NCBI GenBank assembly: GCA_964016885.1
Contig: OZ024746.1
Coordinates: forward strand, 29,388,001-29,452,000
DNA length: 64,000 bases
Reading direction: 5' to 3'
Source: Eledone cirrhosa
Taxonomy: Eukaryota
Shown here: one piece after another, positions 26,221-38,769 of the stretch
Layout of the letters: each line of letters begins with the position of its first letter
How positions within the stretch are numbered: the first letter of the stretch is position 1
The notes under the pieces: model-generated
Told to the model about the DNA's origin: nothing
Database searches by the model: none
Seen by the model: only the letters and a program-made list of their open reading frames with translations
Position numbers and translations under genes: made by a program

Positions 26221-27330
26221 TGTTGGCCTCTGTCACGCGGGCCCAGCTAACAGCTTTGGTCCCCTCGTTCCCTAGAGCACGTATTTTACTTCGGACAACG
26301 CAGCCTTCGTGCTTCGCGTCAAAAAACTGGCTCAAAGCCGTTCTCGACGCTAGCACTCTGGCCACGTCGCCGCTTCTAATTGCCTCTTCTACTCTATCTA
26401 TTAGCTCCCTTTCCTTCCTATTCCTATCCGCAGCTAGAACCTTACTAAATTCTATCGACACTACTCTAATCTCTCTCTTTAGAGATACCCACCACCTGCT
26501 GTTGACGATCGCTCCAGTCAACCGTTCCTTAACTAACGTACTAATCCGATTCCTGTAGGCTCTACTTGCCGGCAAGGACAAGTTGAGCTTCCAGTAACCG
26601 GGGCCCTGTCTATGAGTTCTGTCAAGGTTGACCATGCAGGTCACTAATTTGTGGTCTGAATAGCCAACCATGCGCATTTTTGGACAACTTAAAAAGTCCT
26701 TATCCTTAATTCTAACTAAGAACCTATCTAGGTACGACCTAGATGATCCGCTACGATTTGCCCAAGTCCAGGTTGGCGCAGTCGGAAAATCTAGTCGATA
26801 TCTATCGGCCAGGTCAAATCGACCGATTAACTCTTTGAGGCTATTACACCCCTCTCTATCGGGGCAGGCCCCTACGTAGTCCCAGCGTGCATCTAGGATA
26901 CCATTCCAGTCCCCCACTAATAGCAAGGAGCGGGACGTCCTTAGAAAAGTCTCCAGACGATGGAAAAAGTCCGGCCGCATTGACCCGAAAGGGCCGTAGG
27001 CGGCTACCAACCTAAACGCTCCGCCTTTACCACTGCCAAGGTCCAGAACCACTAGTCGACCCTCCGGGTCCAAATGTACCATCTGTGTTGCGAGACCCAG
27101 ATGTTTTTGCAGCAGAACGACAACTCCACCCCCACCTCCGGGCTGACAGAGAGATGCGTGCATCTCAAAGTCATCAAAGGTGGGGACAGCTGTCGCACGT
27201 TGCTGATCCGGGCCTCGCAAATAACCATCACATCTATACGTTGTGACCTGAGGTCATTTAGAAGCATTGCTTGCTTCCAAGTTGAGCCCAGGCCACGCGC
27301 ATTTAAACAGCCTACTCTTAGCATAGCCAT
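26207..27330 (-). pseudogene. ORF2 AP-endonuclease domain, split by a frameshift near 27180
   Basis: LNARGL...ICEA in one frame; GVVVLL, AAYGP, GDWN, SYLDRFL and SDHK in the next. Confidence 0.9.
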
Positions 27331-28370
27331 GTTGGTGGTGAAGAGAAAAGGCACTTACCTCTCTGCGTCCCGTGTATCGGACTGCACAATTTCCATTAGG
27401 GTGGGGGTTGGGTTGTTGGGTGGGGTGGGGGTTTGTGGAAGTGTGGGGGCATCAGTGTGTTGTGTGGTTGGGGAGCTTGGAGTTGTGTGGGTGTTTGGGG
27501 AGGGGGTGGGATAGTTTTTTAGGAGGACGCGGTTAATGGGCCCGACGCAGGGGGGACCCACGTCCTCTTTAAAATTGTTTTTTAAAGTTTTATAAGTGTC
27601 CTGTGGGGCCTTAATCATTTTGAGGTGGGGGAAATCCCCTGCCTGGGTGAAGTTAGGCCCTTGTGTTTTTATTAGATTGTTGTTGTACACAATGTTTAAC
27701 AGTTTTTTGTTTCTTGTATTTATGTATGTGTATGCATGTTTTTGTTTTTGTGTGGTGTTTTTTGTTTGCTGTTGTTGTGAGCTCTTTTGTGTTGGTGTCA
27801 GTGTTATGTTTTGGGGAGGGGATTTTTCATTTGTGTGTCTGAGGTGTGTTTTCTTTTTTTTCTTTTGATTGTGTGGAAGTGCTCCTCCTCGTCTGACGAC
27901 GAACTAGGGTCATCTTCCGCGTTGGAGGGGAGGGGTATATTTTCGGGTTGTGTTTGCGGTACGGGTGTTTTGGAAATTGTTTTTGTTTTTTGAGTGGAGG
28001 GGATGGGTTGGACATTGTTTTGTTTTGGTTTGAGCTGTGGTGGTTGTTTTTGTAGTGGTAGTTGTGGTGATAGATAGATAGATAGATAGATAGATAGGTC
28101 GGTAGGTAGGCAGGCAGGTAGGTAGGTATATGGGTAGGTAGGGAATGTAATTTAGTGGATATATGTTTGGTTATGATTAAACAAAATATAGAAGATAATT
28201 GTTGTCATTAATTTAAATGAATGTAAAATGAAATGCGGTGATTGACAGAGTGACACGAGGGAGGTCAAGGGAAACTAAGGTATTTTTACATAAAATGTTG
28301 TAATCAAGTCATTAAATTAAATTTTTTTTCACTATAAACCACATTATTTTTGACAGGTACTATGCTAGTA

Positions 28371-28505
<135 letters not shown>

Positions 28506-28654
28506 CACACACATATGTCTTATATAACACAAATCATACAAAGTTGAATGTTTTAGCTGATTTAATAATATATATAAAATGTAAGATATAAGTACACAGC
28601 GTCTCATAGATAAAGCCCTATCATGCAATAACACCATTCCAGTCTTTCATGACA

Positions 28655-28687
<33 letters not shown>

Positions 28688-29389
28688 TGTATGTATGTAT
28701 GTATGTATGTATGTATGTATGTGAGTATGTGTATGTGTGTGTAACTGGTTTTTATATATATGTTCATCTTCTGATATCTTTTAACCTACACAAAATTTCA
28801 GTTTTATTTTTTGTTTCCCAAACAACAACAGCAACGAAAAAACTATTTAGATCATATGCTTTCATGTTAGATTCATCTGCTGCTAGTCAACAGCACAGCA
28901 GCCATTTTGAATTTTATTTCCTTTGCTGTTGGATTTAATCTTTATATCTTAGTGAAAATGTAACTACTACTGTAGTCTTGTTATAGCAATGTAACTACTA
29001 CTGTAACCTGTTAGTCTTATTATAGTAATTTATATACAGGTAACAATTTACTATTTCTAATGTGAATGATATGACTTTATCTATGAGATGCTGTATATCC
29101 AGCCCATTTTCCACCATTTTCTTTTTGGTTTGACGTGTTAGGTTTTATATAGAAGCTTTCTTCCTTAATTATTGTTGTCCTTGTTGTTGCTGTTGTTGTT
29201 GTTTTTGTTTCTGAACTTTACACCACGCCTGTTTTCAATCTATAAGTTTTGTTTGTTATACCTTTTTACTCGATTATATTGTAAATCCTCATTTTCCTTG
29301 CCTTCTGTATTGTCTTCTGTGTGTCGGCTCTTGTGGACAATAAATAAATTATCCTCATTACCATCATCATTACACATATTTTTATTGTG

Positions 29390-29520
29390 TGATGTCAATG
29401 CATTACCGAGCACAACTCTGTGCACCTTGAGCATGTGCAGTGTTGTTTTTCGCAGTTTCTTTGTATTAAGAATATTCTTTATTATGTGTGCAGTGCCTAG
29501 AAGTGCTATTTCTGTATTAT
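29390..29520 (-). mobile_element. R4/Dong-like LINE extreme 3' fragment
   Basis: Minus strand reads IALLGTAHIIKNIL, like the C-terminal GTA motif of RLE-type elements (compare 35100-35146). Confidence 0.5.
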
Positions 29521-29601
29521 TATTAGTACCAGTAATTTAATCGACTTTTTCCTCCCCAAAATTGTTAGCCTTGTGACTACATGAGAAACCATTATTATTA
29601 A

Positions 29602-29778
29602 AGGGCCGTAACTCTATACTTGCACTATGCTTTGCAAGTATAGAGTTACGGCCCTTTATGATCTGAGTTCAAATCCCGCCGAGGTTGACTTTGCCTTTCA
29701 TCCTTACTGGGTCGATAAAATGAAGTACCAGTAATGTACTGGGTAATTGCTGGCCTTGTGCCAAAAGTAGAAACAATT
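29602..29778 (+). mobile_element. SINE (Deu/Nin-like core), rearranged 5' part
   Basis: Family match; short inverted duplication aagggccgtaactctatacttgca / tgcaagtatagagttacggccctt at the 5' end. Confidence 0.8.
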
Positions 29779-29799
29779 ATTATTATTTTTAGTACAATT

Positions 29800-30665
29800 C
29801 TGGCACATGACATCTAGAATGCTGTCAGGTGTTCACAGCCTTTTACCAGCTGGACAACATAATAGACAACAAGAAAAGAAGGCTTGCATATTTTATAACG
29901 AGGTACTGAAGGTCTGAGCGACTGTAGCCCGGGAGTGGCTCTGGTTGTCGACGAGGACTTTCTAAAGAGGCTCTTCTGGAGGACATTCAACTTCGGAAAT
30001 ATGGACACTGGCAGTTCGAAACAAGATCTATAGGCATGGAGGTGCAAATAGCTGGAACTACCTGAGTTATACGCAGCGAGAGAAAACCATTACCATGCAT
30101 TGTAGAGTTATGGCATTGTGTTGAATGACAGCTATCATGTGTAAAACAGATCCTGCTATCAGCCAAGATTTTAGAGAAAATGGAGCCACCACCTTCTCTT
30201 ATAATGGAGATGCAGCAAGTCTTCCTCTTCTTGATAACTATGGTGAAGGAAGCTGTATGGTGGACCTCGTCTAAATGTTTGAGAAAAGGGATTTTCCTCT
30301 CTGGCCAAAGCCTCATCAATTTCTTCAAGTTCCACATGATGAGGACGTTGAAAGTAGTATGTTTTATGAAAGATGTGTGAGTGTTGGTGACATTGACATG
30401 ACTGAATGGGCCTATCTTATGCTTTTTTTCAAGACAGGAGGAAAGAAACTGGGAGAGGGCACTTTAAATGCCTGTGAAGTGACAGAGAAATCCAGGTTTT
30501 TGTGGAGTTCTCCCTGAAATTCTGTAAATTTGCATATTGGGGAACTGGTTCTACTTAGAATTTGTTATTGTATTCTATTGTATTCTATTGTTATCATTGT
30601 TACTACACTTTTTATTATTGCATTCCCTAGTGTTTTCACTATGGTCGTGTCTTCTATCCTTTATT
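29800..30665 (+). mobile_element. Old degenerate Tx1 3' fragment
   Basis: VFLFLITMVKEAVWWT...FLSGQSLINFFKFH matches the ORF2 C-terminus of the long copy. Boundaries are approximate. Confidence 0.75.
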
Positions 30666-31094
30666 GAAGGTAAACCGCACTGTGTATTGTGTTGTGTTGT
30701 GTTGTGGTATGGTGTGATGTGGTGTGGTGTAGTGAGGTATCATGTGGTATAGGGTGATGTGGTATGGTGTAGTGTGATGTGATGTGGGGTGACGTGATGT
30801 TGTGTGATGAGATACTTCTGTGATCATAATTGGTTCTAAGAAACGAAAGACGTATAGTTCTTCTTTTACTGGGAATCATTTTTTGAAAAGAAAGAACGGC
30901 CATTGATCAATGATAGGAATTTAGACAAAAACCAAAGAAAGAAAAGCGAGGAGAATAAGATATCCATCTACCATGATACAGAGAAAGAAAGTATCACGAC
31001 CGAAATTGGACGTAGGTAATGCGTAGAAGAAAATAATTCTGATATTGAGATAATAGGAGATAGAGAGAGGGAGAAGAAAAAGAGCGAGTCAGAA

Positions 31095-31480
31095 TCACAT
31101 GAGAGAGAGAAAAGGAGAGAGAGAGAGGGAGAGAGAACGAGGAGTTTGTGAGAATGACGTGAGAAAGAGAGGGAGAGATAGAGGAGCGTGTGAGAATGAC
31201 GTGAGAAAGAGAGGGAGAGATAGAGGAGCGTGTGAGAATGACATGAGAGAGAGAGAGGGAGAGAGAGAGAGAGAGAGAGAGACAGAGGGAGAGATAGAGG
31301 AGCGTGTGAGAATGACATGAGAGAGAGAGAGGGAGAGAGAGAGAGAGAGAGAGAGACAGAGGGAGAGATAGAGGAGCGTGTGAGAATGACATGAGAGAGA
31401 GAGAGGGAGAGAGAGAGAGAGAGAGAGAGACAGAGGGAGAGATAGAGGAGCGTGTGAGAATGACATGAGAGAGAGAGATA
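31095..31480. repeat. Compound GA-rich tandem repeat (gagatagaggagcgtgtgagaatgacat plus (GA)n)
   Basis: Direct reading. Confidence 0.9.
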
Positions 31481-32729
31481 GTTAGAATGAGATGAGAAAG
31501 AGTGTAAGATTGGTGTACGTAAATATAAGCTAAAAATGGTGATATGTGTTTCTGCTGATCTAAATTAGCCATAAGGTAAGTGTGTGTGTATATGTGTATG
31601 GAATTGTGTGTGTGTGTACGTGTGTGAGTGTGTGTGTGTGTATAAGTGTGTGTGTGTGTAAGTGTGTGTGAGTGTGTAAGTGTGTGTGTGTCTGTGTGTG
31701 TAAGTGTGTGTGTGTATGTGAGTGTGTGTGTGTGTACGTGTGTGTGTGTGTGTATTTTTATTTGCAAAACTGTCTAAAGACAACTACAAAACAAACAGGA
31801 TTGATTTATACAAGATTGAACATAAACAACAATAACAATAACAAAAAAAAGGAGGTAAGAAGAAGAAGAAGAAGAAGAAACCTGGGCGATCTAAACTTAT
31901 TTTGGTTTTGTTTATATTGAAAGTAATGAAGAGAAATAATTTGCTAAGAATGGTGAACTTAATTCTAATTATCTGTTATTGCTCTTCTTGTTGGTTTCTT
32001 TAGGCCATCATCAACTAGTACTTTGATCAGAGAGACGTTTCATCAAAGATATTCTAGCCATGACCATTCTGTATGTTTATTTTTATTTTTATTTATTTAT
32101 TTATTTATTTTTTTGCCTAGACATTGTACATATAATCACATTATTCTATATAGTAAAGTGTGATATGAGCGTAGTTTAGTTGCTGTTTGCATTTAGTTTT
32201 GGCTCTTATTTGCACGATGATTTTGGTTGCTATTTGCAAGGTAATTTATTTGCTATATGTCCGGTGATTTGGCACCTATTTGCGCGGTTATTTAGCAACT
32301 ATCTGCATGCTATTTGGGCTGTTTGTACGATGTTTTGCCTACTCTCTATACGATGATTTTGCTACTGTTTGTAAAGGGATTTAGCTGCTATTTCTTTGCT
32401 CAAGCTACCACACGTAACCCATCAATCGTTGTCTAGAAGAATGGAATATACTTTCTCGGCTTTTCTTTTTTCGCCTCTATCGAATAAATATTTAATTAGT
32501 GGTTAATGAATCGTTCGGGATATATCGACCGGGGCTCTACATATTGTAAACATTTATAATGAATAAATTAATCATAATTCCAACTGTGAGATGGTAACAT
32601 ATGGTGATTCACCAAGCTCTGTCTTTGGCACCTTTCTTACATGAAACAGTCAAACATTAACTGAATGAGTATTCAATACATGAGAGCAGAGAATAAGAAA
32701 ATGGTGGGTGATGGTGCCTCGTCACCAAT

Positions 32730-32803
32730 TTTCTTTCTCTCTTTGTTTCTCTCTCTCTCTCCCTTTCTTTCTTTTTTTTCTTTCTTTTTCTTTCTTTCTT
32801 TTC

Positions 32804-32890
<87 letters not shown>

Positions 32891-32893
32891 TTC

Positions 32894-32951
<58 letters not shown>

Positions 32952-32952
32952 G

Positions 32953-32983
<31 letters not shown>

Positions 32984-32985
32984 GT
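32730..32985. repeat. (CTTT)n microsatellite
   Basis: Direct reading. Confidence 0.95.
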
Positions 32986-33509
32986 CTCTCTCGCTCTCCG
33001 TCTTTATCTCTCCTTCTAACACTTTCTTTCATTCTCTCCCTCACACTCTTTCTCTCTCTGGCTTTCTGTTTTACTTCTTTCTCTCTCCCCACTCTCTATC
33101 TAATGACTTACACACTGCTATGAAACTATTTATTTTATTGAATCACAGAAATCTAATTTAAACGATTACTTAGCAGAGAGGTAGAACATGTGAGTTAATA
33201 TCGATCCTTTTAATATCAATAACCGATAAATAATCTACAGCTACGGCTCAATTAAAATTAGTGCTTTCAACGAAACAGGTAAGAAAACCTTAAATCTAAA
33301 AATTACAATGAATCCATTCAAAGTAATATATATATATTGATTTAGGTTTATAATATACATATTGCTAATTATATTATATTATATATATATATTAGTTATA
33401 TCGATATATATTGCTAAGTATATTAGATGCAGATTTATATATATATTGCTAATTATATTAGATATATAGATGTATATAGGGGTAACTGTATTAGGTATAC
33501 AGATGTATG

Positions 33510-33568
<59 letters not shown>

Positions 33569-33569
<1 letters not shown>

Positions 33570-34762
33570 ATTCTTTATTAACCACAAGGGTTTACATAAA
33601 GTAGACATTAAGGACGGTACAAAAAGGCATTTCTGCGTGTAAAAAACAAAAACAGAGGATGTAACAAAAAAATAACAATGAAAAATTCCCCAATACGGGG
33701 GAGACTTCCGAGGGACATTCGTGGAGAAAGCCCATTAAAAAGCCACAGTGACCCTGACCACCAGGGCAAGTGCCCTCTCCCAGTTTTCCACCTTTAATTT
33801 ACAGGCATATACTCAGAGTAGGCCCATTCACTCGGGCCATTCTTGCCTCTCTCACCCATCTTTCAACAAAAATCTGGGAAAAGAGCACTTCCCTCTCTAC
33901 CCTGATTTTCCTTTTCAAATGAAATTTGAAAAAGTTAATCAGGGCATCACCGAAGAGGTAAGTGCTCATCTTCAGCCCTTTCAAACGTGTCCACCATACT
34001 ATCTCTTTCGCCATGGCCACCAGACAGATAAAAACAGCCTGAGTTTTCCCAAGTACGTCGTTGCTCTTCCCCTCCACTAATCCTCTATAGAACGCCAAGG
34101 TGGAGTTTCCACCGATCACATTGCCCGATTGGTCGAGGGCTGTGCGCGCCTGAAGACATTCCAGTCTCCAAGCGCTCCATCTCGGTCTTCGCTTGACCCA
34201 GGACTGCAGCTCCGTCAAGGAGACGAGCTGGGAAAGACGCGTCTAGCAAACGGCGACCATACCTGATCACCATCGAGGAAGAGGTGGAGATGTCGTAGCC
34301 TGAGCGCGTGTCTGCGCATCATCAGCCACGGCATACCCAGCCCTCCACGTAGCGGGTGTTGACAGCAGATGGACCGCCTGACCATCGGAGCGCGTCCCTT
34401 CCACAAAAAGCGAAAGAGCAAACGATCCAGCGCAGTTAGGCGGGGCTTAGGACAAGGTACGACGGTCAGGCGGTAGTAGATGACGGACGCGATGTACGCG
34501 TTAGCCACCTCCGCTCGACCTTTCAGGGATAGCTTCCTCTCCGCCCATTTCTGGGTGAGAGAAACCACCCTGCTTGTCACCTCGTCCCAGTTTTTGTCCG
34601 TCTGGAGGTCCGGACGGAACCAGACCCCTTAGCAATTTAACCGGTCCGTCCGTCCAGCGCCCAACGACGCTGTTGGACGGCATGGACCTGCCTCTCCAGG
34701 TGCCGAGCTGCAGGCCCACTGACTTTTCCTAGTTGATCATTGCTCCTGTCACCGCTTCGTAT

Positions 34763-34763
<1 letters not shown>
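33569..34763 (-). mobile_element. Tx1-clade LINE 3' fragment (second subfamily) inside (AAT)n
   Basis: Frameshifted pieces match ORF2 (LQLGTWRGR, LSLKGRAEVAN, GGLGMPWLMMR); internal deletion near 34040. Confidence 0.9.
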
Positions 34764-34800
<37 letters not shown>

Positions 34801-34803
<3 letters not shown>

Positions 34804-35220
34804 GACGGACAAGAAACTGGAACACAATAGACCTGACCTGATGGTTTTGGACAAGGGAAAAAGATCGTGCCTGATTGTGGATCTAGCCGGCCCATTCGAC
34901 ACGAGAGTGCAAGAGAAGGAGAGGGATAAAATTAACCGATACCAGGACTTAACGTGGGAGGTAAAAAAGATTTAGAACTGCCATGAGGTCAAAGTGGTCC
35001 CGATTGTCATAGGCGCACTAGGTACTATCTCAAAGAGTTTCCAAGGATGGTTAAAGAAAATTGGTCCCGCCCTGCTTTTTGGAGCACTTCAAAAGGCATG
35101 CTTTATGGGAACAGCAAGAACCCTCCGATACGTCCTGAATATCTGAGGCTGCAGGTAGTGGCTTGATATTCATTTCAACAAACTTTCCAGTTAAATAACA
35201 TCAATGACTGAGACTCAAAG
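34801..35220 (+). mobile_element. R4/Dong-clade LINE 3' fragment (restriction-like endonuclease)
   Basis: HNRPDLMVLD...IVDLAGPFD...KINRYQDL...VKVVPIVIGALG...GTARTLRYVL*, with an in-frame stop at 34973; (TAA)n on both sides. Confidence 0.85.
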
Positions 35221-35328
35221 AACAACAATAATAATAATAATATATATATATATATATATAGTGCAAATTTATACGGGAACAAAACAGAGGCAGACAAATA
35301 AAGGTTTATTAGGTTCACGCTTTTGAGA

Positions 35329-35373
<45 letters not shown>

Positions 35374-35376
<3 letters not shown>

Positions 35377-35587
35377 GTAGAACACTCAAGGGTAATATCC
35401 GTAGTAGTAGAACACTCAGTCCATGGGACGAGTTTGGTAGAAGTAGTAACACAACAGTTAGTTCACCATACCGAGAACAATTCTTTCACCTTGCGGATCT
35501 TCAGCTCAAACTATCAGTCCGAGCCGAAGATCCGCAAGGTGAAACAATTGTTCTCGGTATGGTGAACTAACTGTTGTGTTACTACTT
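35374..35587 (-). mobile_element. Fold-back element (family B) with two hammerhead motifs
   Basis: Arms 35441-35507 / 35520-35587; motifs at 35473-35507 (-) and 35519-35557 (+). Confidence 0.75.
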
Positions 35588-35951
35588 ATAGTCTTTAATG
35601 CGAAGAAATACCAATGAGAATCAGCAGACTACTGACGGACTTTTTCCTGTTTCTCGGTCTATTTTTATTCATATATATATATATATATATATATATAAAT
35701 GCCAACACAAGAGTAAGAATGAGGGTCTCATTCTACTGATATGGCTTTAAAAATGGGGCTTGTTTGCATAATTGCAAATGAATCGAATGTTATTATTAAT
35801 ATTCGAAAAACTCAGATTACATTTATTATATGTATATATATATATATATATATAAATGAAGTGATTCCGTCGGAAAGGTCCAAGAAAAAAAGAGTGCTCT
35901 ATGTAGGTTACAGAGCTTATTAGTTATGTAATAAATAACATAAGGTAATTA

Positions 35952-36011
35952 TTTCATTTACTAGTGGTTTCTTGAAAGCAAATAAATTTGCTTTCAGTCA
36001 TCAGAATGAAA
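35952..36011 (-). ncRNA. Minimal type I hammerhead ribozyme motif
   Basis: tttcatt-CTGATGA-c-tgaaagcaaa[ttta]tttgctttca-a-GAAA-ccactag-TA^aatgaaa: 7-bp stem I, 10-bp stem II, GUA site. Confidence 0.75.
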
Positions 36012-36126
36012 AAATCCTGGTGTATTTATTGACACTGGATTTGAAAAACAAAAATATAATATATATGAAAGTGAGGCTGGAGAAAGAAGAGGAAAAAGAT
36101 AAAAAGAATAATAAATATAAAAGTAG

Positions 36127-36249
36127 AATTTGAAAGCCAATTCAACTTGCCTTAACTCCAAGACCGAGATCTTCAGATGTTGTCCTCACCTGAAATCACA
36201 TCTGCTCTGTAACTGGATTGAAATTTCTACGATGACTCAACCACCTTGA
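36127..36249 (+). pseudogene. Probable C-terminal remnant of a Penelope-like element ORF
   Basis: Translates to NLKANSTCLNSKTEIFRCCPHLKSHLLCNW, resembling the LNxxxExxxxCxH end of GIY-YIG Penelope-like proteins. Lies between two inverted hammerhead-bearing arms. Confidence 0.5.
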
Positions 36250-36659
36250 ACTTCTTCTTTGCTACGATGACTTAACCACCTTGAAATTCTTCTTTGCTCT
36301 TTACGCCTTACATCTACTACGCGTTTTATTACTCTCTGAAATCACTTTCTGTACCCTTATTTTCTCTTTCTTCCTTATCTTCCCTTAATTTTAAACTTTT
36401 TCTTATGTTATTTATTTTTCTTATTCCCACCCACTCTCTACCTAACCCTTTACATACCCACCCCCTTTTCATTTTTAGATATTAATTTTATGTGTATGTA
36501 TGTTGTCGTGTATATGTGTATATAAGTGATAAGTATATATATATATATATATGTGTATATGTATGTATAAATTTTTATATATATGTGTATGTGTATGTAT
36601 GTGTGTATATATATATATATGTGTGTGTGTGTGTATATTAGTGTGTGTGTATATACTGT

Positions 36660-37196
36660 GCGACTAAACTGGCAACCCCACCAAGGTTTCTTTGTGAGGA
36701 GGGTGACTTTGGACATCCTGCAGGACTAAAAATAAAACCTGTCAAAGGGCAAAGGAGCTGTTAAGAGTCAATGGCCATCCAAAATCACTGGGAGAGATGA
36801 CCCCTTAGCCTTTGTCACGGCAGAATTCTAGGAGAAGGAAAACTCTGATATAACACCTGCAACCCTGATGGTATCCGATGATGTTGACTTGTTCTTCTTT
36901 TTGGTAAATATCATCTTGGTTAAGAGAGTGGGACTGGCTTCGTGCAGTGCCTTTGCTCAATATAAAAGCTTCACGGCAGAGGCATTGCTTTATATCTGGA
37001 GATCTCTCTGCACTTGTCATCATATGGTACCATGAGCCCACCACTATGTGTCAATAATTGTCACAAGTGTAGTGTTTGTACCAGAGTTGTCAAGTCGCTG
37101 TCTGGACTAAAATGTCACACTCGTTCAGCGCATCGGTAGGGGTTCTCCTACATGGATATAAAGTAGTGGGCGTACTCGAAAACGAGTTGGCAGCCA

Positions 37197-37200
<4 letters not shown>
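36660..37200 (+). mobile_element. Bipartite RTE-derived element nested in a fold-back element
   Basis: Reverse-complement match to 22050-22590. Confidence 0.75.
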
Positions 37201-37258
<58 letters not shown>

Positions 37259-37392
37259 GTATATATATTTGTATTTCAAATCCGCTGTCAATAAAACACC
37301 AGGATTTTTTCATTCTGATGACTGAAAGCAAATTTGTTTGCTTTCAAGAAAGCACTGGAAAATGAAATAACTACCTTATGTTGTTTATTACA

Positions 37393-37477
<85 letters not shown>

Positions 37478-37524
37478 GTCTGTATGTGTTGTATATATTA
37501 TGCCAGTATATGTGTATATATATG

Positions 37525-37563
<39 letters not shown>

Positions 37564-37731
37564 CGTATATCTTATGTGCAGGTGTATATCGTTATAGTGG
37601 AGGTATGTACATTTTGATTATTTATTTATTTGTATTTACCGCTCCATCCGTAGTTCTTATGTGATTTACCTGGGTAGAATGTTATGTTCTATTATCTGAC
37701 ATAATTTATTATGTGCCTTCTCTCATTGCTA

Positions 37732-37826
<95 letters not shown>

Positions 37827-38567
37827 CGTGTGTGTGTGTGTGTGTGTGTGTCTGTGTGTGCGTTTGCGTGTGTGTGTGTGTATGCATGCGTGTGTATGGC
37901 TGTGTGTTTGTGCGAGTATCTTGTTAATTTAATAAAAATCAGAATGCTTTCTTCACTAAGAGGTTTAAAAAAGAAGAATGAAAGCAAAGCTTACTCAATC
38001 AGAATTCTGGATGGCACGTACGTTTTTCTTTTTAAACTTATGTCTACGGAACACTATGTTTTATTTAGTGTGATTTGAATTTATAAAAACAACTTCCTAG
38101 TCAAGGTACCATGCCGTCATAGCTGTGATAGACGGAGAACTTTCAAAAACATTATAATATAGATTCTCAACTCACCATTTACTTTAATATTAAGTATGCA
38201 ACCAATCTGTAAATACTGGAAAAAAAGAAAAAGAAACATATTTAATATTAAAATAGATCTGAAAATAGCATAATTGTTTGCTTCAGTAGTTCACTTCAAA
38301 ACCATGTGGTTTGGTTTCAGTTCCGCTGTGCTGCATTTTGAGAAACTGTCTACTACTATAATTTCGGGTTGACAAATACATTCTAAGATGCAGTGTCCAT
38401 GAGTAAGACACCTTATTTTACATTGCTCGAGTTCCATCAGCTGTTAAACTGAGTTGCGATGGCATTGGTACATTAGCGCCAATCTGTATCGGCCTTTGTC
38501 TTTCCCTTGGACAACATTATATATATATAGATGCGAGAAAAACTACAAACTCTCCATCTCAATTTTA

Positions 38568-38603
38568 CTTTTGAAAAGCAGAAGAACTGCGAAACCGGTA
38601 AAG
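38568..38603 (+). ncRNA. Very compact hammerhead motif, U3-A8 variant
   Basis: ctt-TTGAAAA-gcag[aagaa]ctgc-GAAA-ccgg-TA^aag, within a about 200-bp insert between TA tracts (38530-38728). Confidence 0.65.
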
Positions 38604-38719
38604 GAACCAAATAAATATTTTTTAAAAAGATCCAGTTGCATTTTCGATTTCATCTTTTTTCCTTATACTTTCACTCGTGTAGGACATCTCGTTTTTTTTT
38701 CATTTTGTAAAAAAACATC

Positions 38720-38769
<50 letters not shown>

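Larger units (their letters stand above)
23626..28068 (-). mobile_element. Tx1/L1-clade non-LTR retrotransposon, 5'-truncated within ORF1
   Basis: APE endonuclease, RT and C-terminal CCHC finger; (GATA/GGTA)n on both flanks. Confidence 0.95.
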
